DNA of 35,695 nucleotides, taken from a virus. Lineage: Duplodnaviria > Caudoviricetes. Every line of letters starts with the position of its first letter. Position 1 is the first letter of the stretch. The notes under the pieces are model-generated. The model made no database searches, had not been told where the DNA came from, and worked only from the letters and a program-made list of their open reading frames with translations. The stretch covers positions 1 through 35,695 of IMG/VR virus record IMGVR_UViG_3300020402_000116. One strand, written 5' to 3'. A program made the translations under genes and the position numbers. Of this stretch, positions 1 through 7,465 are shown in pieces.

Positions 1-177
1 TTCTTCATCTATTGTTATGATTGTTATATCTTGCGATTGTGATACTTCTTCGTTTGCTAACATGTAGTCAAACGATTTAAGTCTTAGAGTTTCTTTAAAT
101 GAATAGTCTTGTAAACCTATAAATGTAATAACAAATAAGGTTATAAATGCTGTAGTCCAATGTGTTAAAAATTTCAT
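1..177 (-). CDS. N-terminal part of a CHASE2-domain sensor protein, truncated by the window edge (full-length relatives are often adenylate/guanylate cyclases)
   Basis: Not in the ORF track. ATG at 177 overlaps the stop of the upstream ORF (TAATG). Hand translation: MKFLTHWTTAFITLFVITFIGLQDYSFKETLRLKSFDYMLANEEVSQSQDITIITIDEE, i.e. a TM helix followed by the E-x-L-x-L-x-x-F-D ... I-x-I-I-x-I-D-E pattern that opens CHASE2 domains. Frame is open to the edge. Confidence 0.75.
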   Translation of the reverse strand, partial: MKFLTHWTTAFITLFVITFIGLQDYSFKETLRLKSFDYMLANEEVSQSQDITIITIDEE

Positions 178-542
178 TATTGATTTACTGTCATAGTACA
201 GTAGGCATGTCCACACCAATAGCTACCTGTAAAACTTTTATTATTACCAGATTGATTAATGTACATAGATGAACCATTACTATTTCTACCATCAACATCA
301 ACGTCAATGTTATTATTATTTCCAACTTGGTCTAAATCAATAATAAAACCATTCATACTTTCTATATCAAAATCAATATTATTATCTTGACCATCTTGTA
401 GAGTATTTAGAGTACCACCTGCTGATGTTGTAACAGTAATTGTTAAATCATTAGCTTGACTAGAACTATGTAATAGTATAAGAAAAAATGCTAAAGTCAT
501 TCCTATTACTGCACTAATTAATTTGTTGTATGGTGATAACAT
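177..542 (-). CDS. Secreted curlin-like (CsgA/CsgB-like) repeat protein, short
   Basis: Signal peptide ending SQA|ND. Repeats LQDGQDNNID, LDQVGNNNNID and INQSGNNKS fit the curlin Q-x-G-x-x-N pattern. C-terminal CGHAYC. GGAGGAG Shine-Dalgarno before the ATG at 542. Confidence 0.7.
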   Translation of the reverse strand: MLSPYNKLISAVIGMTLAFFLILLHSSSQANDLTITVTTSAGGTLNTLQDGQDNNIDFDIESMNGFIIDLDQVGNNNNIDVDVDGRNSNGSSMYINQSGNNKSFTGSYWCGHAYCTMTVNQ

Positions 543-1629
543 TTTCTGCTCCTCCTAATTCGAAATCATACATTTCGAATTCACTCTGTATTATATTTAG
601 GACATAACCATATTCTTTATCAAGTCTTAATTCTATGTATGAACCAGATGCATCTTCTCTAATCCATACCCATTCTGGGTCTTCATCTAATATAATAACA
701 CCAGTCTCTGGGTCTTTTCCTAAAGTTACATCGCCAGTAGTTTCTTTTTTGTCAAACTCTGATCGCATTTGTTTTGCTAATTCTTTGTTTAATTGTTTTA
801 GAATATCAACTAAAAAATTTTGTTCTAAAAAATCTATGTCAAGACCTGTTGCAAATTGACTTTCATCTTCTTCAAGATAGTCTGTTTCTAAATCATCAAA
901 TTGTAAAAAGTCAATATCTAAAGCATCTGCAACTTCATTTAGACCTTCTTCATTTTGCATTTGTTCTATCTCTGCTGGTTTAGATATGATTAATAAATTA
1001 CCAATCATCTCTTCGTCTAAATCTAGCATTACAGGTTTCATTGGTTTACTTGCAACTGTATCAACCACCGTTGCTTGAAATGCTTGGTTTAGTATTACTT
1101 GACCAGCATCTGACTCGACACTAATCTCTCCAACAAAACAATTACCATTTGTATCACAACTTGGTAATAAGATAATTGTAGATGAACCTATTTCATCTAT
1201 CGTCATTGTAAAGTCTGTACCACGAACACCAATCGTAGCTGTTGGTGTTGTTATCTGTACATTTTGTTTTGAGTTTTTTGCAATCTGACCTGAAGCATAT
1301 CTTACAGTTCCAAGTTTTGCTTTGAGTGATAATTTACCTGTTTTGGTATTTGGGTCATAGACAAACTCATCGATTACAAGTTTAGAATGTTCAGTAACAT
1401 CAACTCTGGTATTATCGATAAACTCTATACCAACTTTTCCTTTACCTGTCTTTACTGTATCGTATGAAAAAACATCTAAGTCTTTTGCGACCTCTTTACT
1501 TTCACCTTCTTTTCTATCTATTACAGCATTGCCTTCGTGTAAGGAAACTTGTCCTATCGATGCAAAACTATTTTGTAAAGATATAAGGGTTAAGAGTATG
1601 AACCCAATTGTAAAATTTACGAGCCGCAT
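514..1629 (-). CDS. FecR-domain exported protein with long acidic C-terminal region
   Basis: Signal peptide (SFA|SIG). D-x-V-x-T-G, F-x-D-x-T, G-x-V-R and TPTATIGVRGTDF motifs of the FecR domain. Confidence 0.85.
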   Translation of the reverse strand: MRLVNFTIGFILLTLISLQNSFASIGQVSLHEGNAVIDRKEGESKEVAKDLDVFSYDTVKTGKGKVGIEFIDNTRVDVTEHSKLVIDEFVYDPNTKTGKLSLKAKLGTVRYASGQIAKNSKQNVQITTPTATIGVRGTDFTMTIDEIGSSTIILLPSCDTNGNCFVGEISVESDAGQVILNQAFQATVVDTVASKPMKPVMLDLDEEMIGNLLIISKPAEIEQMQNEEGLNEVADALDIDFLQFDDLETDYLEEDESQFATGLDIDFLEQNFLVDILKQLNKELAKQMRSEFDKKETTGDVTLGKDPETGVIILDEDPEWVWIREDASGSYIELRLDKEYGYVLNIIQSEFEMYDFELGGAENVITIQQIN

Positions 1630-1672
1630 ATATTGTCAGTCCTACGAATAATATAAAAGTTATTGTACCCAT
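1568..1672 (-). CDS. Possible 34-aa single-TM microprotein overlapping the start of the FecR gene
   Basis: Hand translation MGTITFILFVGLTIYAARKFYNWVHTLNPYIFTK*. ATG lies 1 nt after the curlin-like gene stop. Hydrophobic stretch followed by RK. Confidence 0.3.
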   Translation of the reverse strand: MGTITFILFVGLTIYAARKFYNWVHTLNPYIFTK

Positions 1673-1673
1673 A

Positions 1674-2357
1674 TTAGTCTCTCTGTATAATATCGATGTT
1701 GTGGTTATCACCACTTGTTGTTAATGTTATCATATTATCATAGATACCTGATTGTGTAATATCTACATCTGCAATAGAACCCGTATGATTGTGTATGTAA
1801 GTGTGACCTGCACTATCACCATCTCCGTCTATGTCAACTAAGAAATTATTTGTGTCACCATTGACGTTTAACGTAAAGATAACACTTGTACCATCTATTG
1901 TTGCAGCCACAACGTTTGAGTCTGAACCAGACGCACCTGATATTGTTATGTTAGCACCTGTTGCATCTGCTGTTTCTCCAACATCAATGTCTAAATCGTT
2001 AGATGAACCTACCCAAATAATAGAAGCTGTTACAGTAGCACACGATGAGTTAGACCCACCACTATCACAATTAAAGTCAATGTTGTTACTGTTACCAGTT
2101 GTACTAAATGTACCTGTATATGAATTACCGTTTATATCAAAAGTTAGTACGTTAGAGTCTCCAATCTGATCGATGTTAAAATTAGATGTAGTACCTGTTA
2201 CAGTTGATGCTGTTGTACTATTACCTATTGTGTTGTTTTGACCATCTTGTAATACATCTAAAGTTAAAGTATTACCTGATTGTGTAACGTAAATATCATT
2301 TGCCAATACTGGCGAAAACATCATCAAACACATAACGAATTTAATTAATGTTTTCAT
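1674..2357 (-). CDS. Secreted curlin-like beta-solenoid protein (candidate major subunit)
   Basis: Signal peptide (VLA|ND). Many N/D/G/T/S-rich repeats such as VTQSGNT, LQDGQNNTI, IDQIGDSNVL, TTGNSNNID, VGSSNDLD, NGDTNNF, TQSGIYDN, SGDNHNID. Adjacent to csgG. Confidence 0.75.
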   Translation of the reverse strand: MKTLIKFVMCLMMFSPVLANDIYVTQSGNTLTLDVLQDGQNNTIGNSTTASTVTGTTSNFNIDQIGDSNVLTFDINGNSYTGTFSTTGNSNNIDFNCDSGGSNSSCATVTASIIWVGSSNDLDIDVGETADATGANITISGASGSDSNVVAATIDGTSVIFTLNVNGDTNNFLVDIDGDGDSAGHTYIHNHTGSIADVDITQSGIYDNMITLTTSGDNHNIDIIQRD

Positions 2358-3168
2358 GTCTTATCCCCTTAACGCCCTCCATTTTCCATAATTTTTTATT
2401 AACACCCTCATATATCATTTGTAAAACGGCGTGTTCTATTGTTGTTCTTATTGCATAATTAACAGGTTCATTTGTTGCCATACCTGATTCAAATTCTAAT
2501 GCTTTTGTACTCATATCTAAAAATCTGAATACATCGCCACCTTTGCTATAACTAGCAATTGTCTTTGTTGCTGAAACAGATAATAGTATCTCACCTGTTT
2601 GTACTGCAACAACTCTTAGTGAAACAGTTACTTGGTCTGTACGATATTGCTCATTCAATCCTAAACCAAAGTATCTTGCACCAACACCGCCACTTGCAAT
2701 GTTACTGTCATATCCTACAATACCACCTTCTATAATTAATCCAGCAAACACCAATGGTTTTAATTGATTGTTCGCTTCTGTTTCACCATCGTATAATTCT
2801 CTTGTTGATCTTATAAGTTGTCTTTCCTTAACTAGATTACTTAAACCTTTTCTTTCTACAACTTTAAACCAATCTCCGTCACTAACTGCTTTTAAAGCAG
2901 ATATAACCCAAACATCTGGTCCTTGCGTAACTGCTGTTGACAGTTGAGAAAACTTTGGATTAGGTTTTCTCTGACCAGTTTGATCTGTAAACTCGTATAC
3001 CGCAATTGTTATCTGCGGTTGATTATCTAAATCAGGTATTTCTCTTAACTTTTCTAAAGTTGTTGTTCCCTCTATAAAAGGTTCTGCACCTTTAATAGCA
3101 GGTTTCTGTTGTGTCGAGGCACAACCTGAAAGTATACCTAATAGTAATATAATCAATACTATTCTCAT
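2341..3168 (-). CDS. csgG: Curli secretion channel lipoprotein CsgG
   Basis: Lipobox LSGC. Motifs IAVYEFTDQTGQRKP, STAVTQG, WFKVVERKGLSNLVKERQLIRS, IEGGIVGYDSN, GGVGARYFG, YRTDQVTVSLR, NEPVNYA. Confidence 0.95.
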   Translation of the reverse strand: MRIVLIILLLGILSGCASTQQKPAIKGAEPFIEGTTTLEKLREIPDLDNQPQITIAVYEFTDQTGQRKPNPKFSQLSTAVTQGPDVWVISALKAVSDGDWFKVVERKGLSNLVKERQLIRSTRELYDGETEANNQLKPLVFAGLIIEGGIVGYDSNIASGGVGARYFGLGLNEQYRTDQVTVSLRVVAVQTGEILLSVSATKTIASYSKGGDVFRFLDMSTKALEFESGMATNEPVNYAIRTTIEHAVLQMIYEGVNKKLWKMEGVKGIRHENIN

Positions 3169-3178
3169 TTTTTAAATC

Positions 3179-3661
3179 CTAAAATTGAAAATCACCTAAT
3201 GGCACAGACATTGTTGTTACAGCTCCGTCTGGGCTTGTTATTGTCAAAGTAATAATCTCAGTTGTGCTATCCTTAATCCAATATATCGTTGACCCCTCAA
3301 CTTCAGCTGTACCACTGGTTGGGCATGTTGTTGTACTACTGTCGCATGTAGTACCAAACATATTATCAACTAACTGTTTAGATAAGTTAGCATATATTCT
3401 ACTTTCAACGTTTTTAATAAACTTGTTGATAGTAGTATTATTCGCTTTTCTCTCTGCGGCGGCAGCTGCAGATTTGGCATCATCTTTCACTTGTTTTTCT
3501 CTATTGTACTGCAATTGTTCAATAGATAAAACATGACTAGAGTATCCATTCCCACTAAAAGATGGGTTTTTGAACTCATGTACTAATTCTGAAGTCGTGC
3601 TTATGGTAGGCAAAAACACATAAAATAGTATCACCACAAACACTATTTTAAGTGTTTTCAT
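3179..3661 (-). CDS. csgF: Curli assembly protein CsgF
   Basis: Signal peptide then ELVHEFKNPSFSGNG (CsgF NPxFGG-like pore-binding N-terminus). Directly upstream of csgG. Confidence 0.88.
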   Translation of the reverse strand: MKTLKIVFVVILFYVFLPTISTTSELVHEFKNPSFSGNGYSSHVLSIEQLQYNREKQVKDDAKSAAAAAERKANNTTINKFIKNVESRIYANLSKQLVDNMFGTTCDSSTTTCPTSGTAEVEGSTIYWIKDSTTEIITLTITSPDGAVTTMSVPLGDFQF

Positions 3662-3666
3662 ACTAT

Positions 3667-3674
3667 TATTTATC
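3667..3674 (-). promoter_or_regulatory. T4-type late promoter candidate (GATAAATA) 5 nt before the csgF ATG
   Basis: 7/8 match to TATAAATA in an intergenic gap. No SD before csgF. Confidence 0.55.
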
Positions 3675-3709
3675 TGCTGTCAATCTTTTGACGGGTGTAA
3701 TTATTTGAC

Positions 3710-3949
3710 TTATTTGGGGGGTTTTCTTTTTAAGTCTAAAACTGTGTTAAGTTTAGACCTTAATCTGATAATATCGTTGTCTAACATTCTAATTCTGTCT
3801 AATAATCCTATTAATGCAGAGTTAGCTTCAGATAATTTTTGTTTGATATTTTCCGTTGTGAATTTATATATGAAATATATGAACCATCCCATGGCAATAG
3901 CTGCCAATGTTGCAAAACCATATTGGTTCAATATTTCTATAATTGTCAT
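3710..3949 (-). CDS. Small single-TM + coiled-coil membrane protein
   Basis: N-terminal TM (YGFATLAAIAMGWFIYFIY), then LLDRIRMLDNDIIRL. Paralogous to the neighbour. TAATG coupling. Confidence 0.8.
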   Translation of the reverse strand: MTIIEILNQYGFATLAAIAMGWFIYFIYKFTTENIKQKLSEANSALIGLLDRIRMLDNDIIRLRSKLNTVLDLKRKPPK

Positions 3950-4230
3950 TAATCTTTCCTAGCGTCTTTCTTTCCATCTGATCTTGCTATTCTATCCTCA
4001 TCTTGTCTTAAATCTAATGCATCTGAAACTTGCACATCTAACTTTAACATATCATTGTTCATGGTTTTAATTCTATTATCTAATCCCATGATAATACCAT
4101 GCATAGTATTTACTTGACTGATTACTGAATCTAAAATGTATTTGAGAATAATGTATATGAAAATACCCATGACAGCAGCTGATGCCACAGGTAATCCAAA
4201 TTCAATTAGTAACGTAAAGAATAAATCCAT
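3949..4230 (-). CDS. Small single-TM + coiled-coil membrane protein
   Basis: N-terminal TM (FGLPVASAAVMGIFIYIIL), then LDNRIKTMNNDMLKL. Paralogous to the neighbour. Confidence 0.8.
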   Translation of the reverse strand: MDLFFTLLIEFGLPVASAAVMGIFIYIILKYILDSVISQVNTMHGIIMGLDNRIKTMNNDMLKLDVQVSDALDLRQDEDRIARSDGKKDARKD

Positions 4231-4236
4231 ACAGTA

Positions 4237-4244
4237 TATTTATT
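4237..4244 (-). promoter_or_regulatory. T4-type late promoter candidate (AATAAATA) 6 nt before the ATG at 4230
   Basis: NATAAATA match at the gene junction heading the curli module. Confidence 0.45.
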
Positions 4245-4851
4245 AGAAGAGTATTGTATCTGCCTTAAATACCTCAGCATGTGGAACTTTAATAAAAGAA
4301 CCTCTAAACCTTGACATAGATTCTATATCTTCAGCCCATCTAGTCTCTACATTTTTATAACACTCTATTGCTTTCCTTTTAGATTTAACTTGCTGAGAAA
4401 TATCTACAAACACATTAGCTTCAAAACTTGTATATTTTTGACAGTAAGGAAAAGAATTCATATACCAAACCTCTAGTGGTTGTTTACGTCTTAAGGTATT
4501 ACCTACTTCATGACATATTCTATGATCTTGATGCCAGTCTTCTTTCCAATGAGTTATTAGTAGATCATAACTTGTAATGTTCAGTTGTTTCTCAATTCTT
4601 TCTATCATCTTATTATCTAGTTTAGGTCTTTCATATGATCTACCTCTTTGTCCTATAACCATATTTGCATCAAAGAATATCGGTTTAAATCCTAATATCT
4701 TAGAAGTCTCTGGTAAATATTTTTTATGATCTTGATAGGGAAAAATTATTAAGTTATCTACACTACCGCCTTGATCTACAATTTTTTTTATAGTTCCACC
4801 ACAAGATAATTCTAAATCATCTGGGTGTGCTGTCAAAACTAAAGTTTTCAT
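4243..4851 (-). CDS. PIG-L/LmbE-family N-acetylhexosamine deacetylase
   Basis: AHPDDLELSCGGT and HQDH metal-binding motifs, FVDIS, AEVF. Confidence 0.92.
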   Translation of the reverse strand: MKTLVLTAHPDDLELSCGGTIKKIVDQGGSVDNLIIFPYQDHKKYLPETSKILGFKPIFFDANMVIGQRGRSYERPKLDNKMIERIEKQLNITSYDLLITHWKEDWHQDHRICHEVGNTLRRKQPLEVWYMNSFPYCQKYTSFEANVFVDISQQVKSKRKAIECYKNVETRWAEDIESMSRFRGSFIKVPHAEVFKADTILF

Positions 4852-4852
4852 T

Positions 4853-5080
4853 TTAAAATCCTACCATTGTTCCTATTTTGCCCAATTGTTGTAAAACTAA
4901 TATTTGTAAATTTTTTAAATTTTCTGCTGATGCTGCTATCAATGAAGCGTTTTCTGATAATGCTTGCCAAAGATTATTTAAATCGTGAGTAATTGCAGCT
5001 ATCATAATTAAACATATAATTAATCCAAATGCAACAACTAAAATAAGTATTTTATCTAAGTTCATAAGTATGTTTCGCAA
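4853..5080 (-). CDS. Small membrane protein
   Basis: One long hydrophobic helix followed by a short helical region. Fills the gap between coupled genes. Confidence 0.6.
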   Translation of the reverse strand: MRNILMNLDKILILVVAFGLIICLIMIAAITHDLNNLWQALSENASLIAASAENLKNLQILVLQQLGKIGTMVGF

Positions 5081-6273
5081 CCACCTTCCCTATATGTATC
5101 TAGTGTTAGACAATGTAAACCACTATCCCAAAAGTGTCTATGTCTAAATCTAGTATATATGGGTTCTATTCCAACAGATTTTAATTTATCATGTACCTCT
5201 TTTTGGTAATTTATAGACAAGATAGTGTTTTCATTTATACTTAACATATTAACTTCAAAGATTGACTCTTCCATAAATCCAACCCAATCTTTTAAATATG
5301 TATCAACAAAATCTGTAAATGGTTTATTATTTTTTTCATTATCAACATACCAGTTCATATCTGCTTTTTTATTTTTTTTAAATTCTTCATACTCTTTTGG
5401 GTATTGTTGTTCAAAGTTATTTGGATGTTCAATAATAAGTTGGTCCCAACCAGGTAATGTATTTTCAAAGAAACCTTTTTCCATCCAAGGCGCAGCAATA
5501 ACCAAACCAGGTTTTGGTAAACACATAGAGCCATCATTGTGTCCACCAATATCAATAAGTTTAAATTTAAATTTATTATCTGGTCTAATATTATTGTACC
5601 AGTCAGCAATTCCTTTTCTATAATTACTTTGCCCCTCATCAACAAGTATTGTATCACCTATTCTAGTAATAAATGGGGCATCAAAATTCCAAGTTTCATA
5701 TACAAAGTTTCTAAAATTAACTGGGTCGTGTTTCATATTCATATCAAAGTATTCTTGTTCCGTCCACAACTCATTTTTTAATTCTTGTTCATTTGGTCTA
5801 AATGGACCTAATTTACTATCAATGTTTTTCCACGTATCTTTAACTAAAGTTAAATCAACATCAAACATATCTAAAGGATGTTTACCATCTATTACCATTT
5901 GTGGATTATATTGCTGAGTAATAAACAAATCATTACCCATGGTAATGTGGCTGTTTCTGGGTGACATAAGTGGTTTTGGTAATGCCAGAAGACCTTTTGA
6001 TTCTTTTGATTTTTCTAAAAACTCTCCAAAAGTCTTATAAGGATTTAAACCAAGACCATCTGTCCAACAGTCATCTACTAGAATAACTTCAACACCTAAA
6101 TCTTCTAGTGTTTTTTTTATGCCATCTAAATCTTCTTTTGTTTCATGCACAACTCTTTGTAACGAGTCTCTTAATTTTGTATCTTTAACATCCTCAAAAA
6201 ATTCTGGTGGAAATACATTTCCAAGAACAACTTGTTTCAAAGGTTGCCAATGAGTCCAACTATTAACTTTCAT
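5062..6273 (-). CDS. Amidinotransferase (glycine / inosamine-phosphate amidinotransferase family, pentein fold)
   Basis: VNSWTHWQPLKQVVLG N-terminus, FDAP, GHNDG, VNMLSINE and C-terminal GLHCLTLD...R carrying the catalytic Cys. Confidence 0.9.
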   Translation of the reverse strand: MKVNSWTHWQPLKQVVLGNVFPPEFFEDVKDTKLRDSLQRVVHETKEDLDGIKKTLEDLGVEVILVDDCWTDGLGLNPYKTFGEFLEKSKESKGLLALPKPLMSPRNSHITMGNDLFITQQYNPQMVIDGKHPLDMFDVDLTLVKDTWKNIDSKLGPFRPNEQELKNELWTEQEYFDMNMKHDPVNFRNFVYETWNFDAPFITRIGDTILVDEGQSNYRKGIADWYNNIRPDNKFKFKLIDIGGHNDGSMCLPKPGLVIAAPWMEKGFFENTLPGWDQLIIEHPNNFEQQYPKEYEEFKKNKKADMNWYVDNEKNNKPFTDFVDTYLKDWVGFMEESIFEVNMLSINENTILSINYQKEVHDKLKSVGIEPIYTRFRHRHFWDSGLHCLTLDTYREGGCETYL

Positions 6274-6595
6274 CTGGGTAATCTCTATATAAAAAGTGTT
6301 GGATGGTTTCTACATCTACTAATTGATTAAATGCAACATGTTTTTCATCTATACTTTTTTCATTTCTTATAATGCTTGTCATTGCATCATCTAATTGTTG
6401 CATGTTATTAAAATTCATATCAATACGAAACTCTGGTAAGTCCATAGACCTAAATCCTAATTTTGCTCTAGTTATTCTATATGAAACCATTCTATTCATT
6501 TTAACAAGACCATCTAAAAAAGGTTTCATCTTTTCTATAAATTCTTTTGCATCTATATTTTCATTGTGATCTGCGTATATTGTGTATAAGTCCAT
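6263..6595 (-). CDS. DUF6614-like small alpha/beta protein
   Basis: YRITRAKLGF, LPEFRIDM and QLDDA pattern, recalled from this family. Confidence 0.55.
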   Translation of the reverse strand: MDLYTIYADHNENIDAKEFIEKMKPFLDGLVKMNRMVSYRITRAKLGFRSMDLPEFRIDMNFNNMQQLDDAMTSIIRNEKSIDEKHVAFNQLVDVETIQHFLYRDYPDES

Positions 6596-7032
6596 TATAA
6601 AGCTCCTAACTTTTCATATCCTTTAAATTGTGATTTGTATCTGTCATCTTGTCCTAGATATAAAAATTTATATCCGTTTTGTTTTGCCCAAGCACACTCA
6701 TTTTCTAAACTCTTAATACCCAATCTTAGTTTAGGATTTTCATAATCCCATGCAAATTGTAAACTTTCTATGTTATGATTGTCAAGAGGATAGAGCATAG
6801 TAAATGCTACTAATTCATGTTTGTAATAGTATCCCATTATTTTATTTACTTTTACATCATTTTCAAATATTGGTTGGACAGACTTAAACTTTTTATAATC
6901 ACAATATTTTTTATAGATTTTTTGTAATTGTTTTAAGTTTGGTTCTTTTATTATTAAAGAATTTTCATATAAATTATAATCAGTTTTTGATAACCTAATT
7001 CGACAATATATCATCCTTATATTCCTTATCAA
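6595..7032 (-). CDS. GNAT-fold protein resembling the C-terminal domain of arginyl-tRNA-protein transferase (ATE/Bpt)
   Basis: FAWDYENPKLRLGIKSLENECAWAKQNGYKFLYLG matches the ATE_C pattern (F-x-x-D...S/RLG..S...E...AK..G..Y-x-YLG). Confidence 0.7.
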   Translation of the reverse strand: MIRNIRMIYCRIRLSKTDYNLYENSLIIKEPNLKQLQKIYKKYCDYKKFKSVQPIFENDVKVNKIMGYYYKHELVAFTMLYPLDNHNIESLQFAWDYENPKLRLGIKSLENECAWAKQNGYKFLYLGQDDRYKSQFKGYEKLGAL

Positions 7033-7465
7033 AATTTTTATAATAATCTTTAGTCTCTAAAAACTTTCTAGCCTCAGTTAGTTTTTTTCTATTCTGAACA
7101 AATAAAACTGGTTTACCAAAATTTAAATTCATACCACCAACTTCTTCTTTTAACTCTGGGTGATCTTCTAGTATAACATAATCTCTTCCTAAGTTACTTT
7201 CTAAATAATCTTTAAGTTCATATAGTTCGTCCACATTTGCATCTTGTTGAATAATCATAATTAAATCTAATTCGCCAGAATTTAATTTAGCATAATCTTC
7301 CATGAGAACAGATTTATCATATGTAACTTTTACTTTTTTATCTTTCCAAGCTTTTCTTGCATAAGGACATGGTGGTAGGTTACCAAAAATTTTATTTGGT
7401 TTAGATATTACTTCATTAATCCAATCTTCTACTTCTTTTGTCATTTGTTTGCTTTGTATGTCCAT
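6995..7465 (-). CDS. DUF1415-like protein
   Basis: W-I-x-x-V ... PCPYARKA N-terminal motif and a later DHP motif. Confidence 0.5.
   Translation of the reverse strand: MDIQSKQMTKEVEDWINEVISKPNKIFGNLPPCPYARKAWKDKKVKVTYDKSVLMEDYAKLNSGELDLIMIIQQDANVDELYELKDYLESNLGRDYVILEDHPELKEEVGGMNLNFGKPVLFVQNRKKLTEARKFLETKDYYKNFDKEYKDDILSN

Noticed and set aside
3678-3692. TTGACA and short inverted repeat GTCAA-tctt-TTGAC upstream of csgF
   Set aside because: No -10 box at 16-18 nt spacing, and 5-bp arms are too short to call an operator.
1-4230. Curli genes as evidence of a bacterial chromosome or chimeric join
   Set aside because: Same strand, tight packing and late-promoter-like motifs are continuous with T4-like genes, and no csgD/csgE or integration scar is seen. 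Read-level checking is still advisable.
5062-6273. 7-deazaguanine/archaeosine DNA-modification enzyme
   Set aside because: Motifs are pentein-type amidinotransferase, not ArcS/QueF-like, and no folE/queCDE/dpdA is present.
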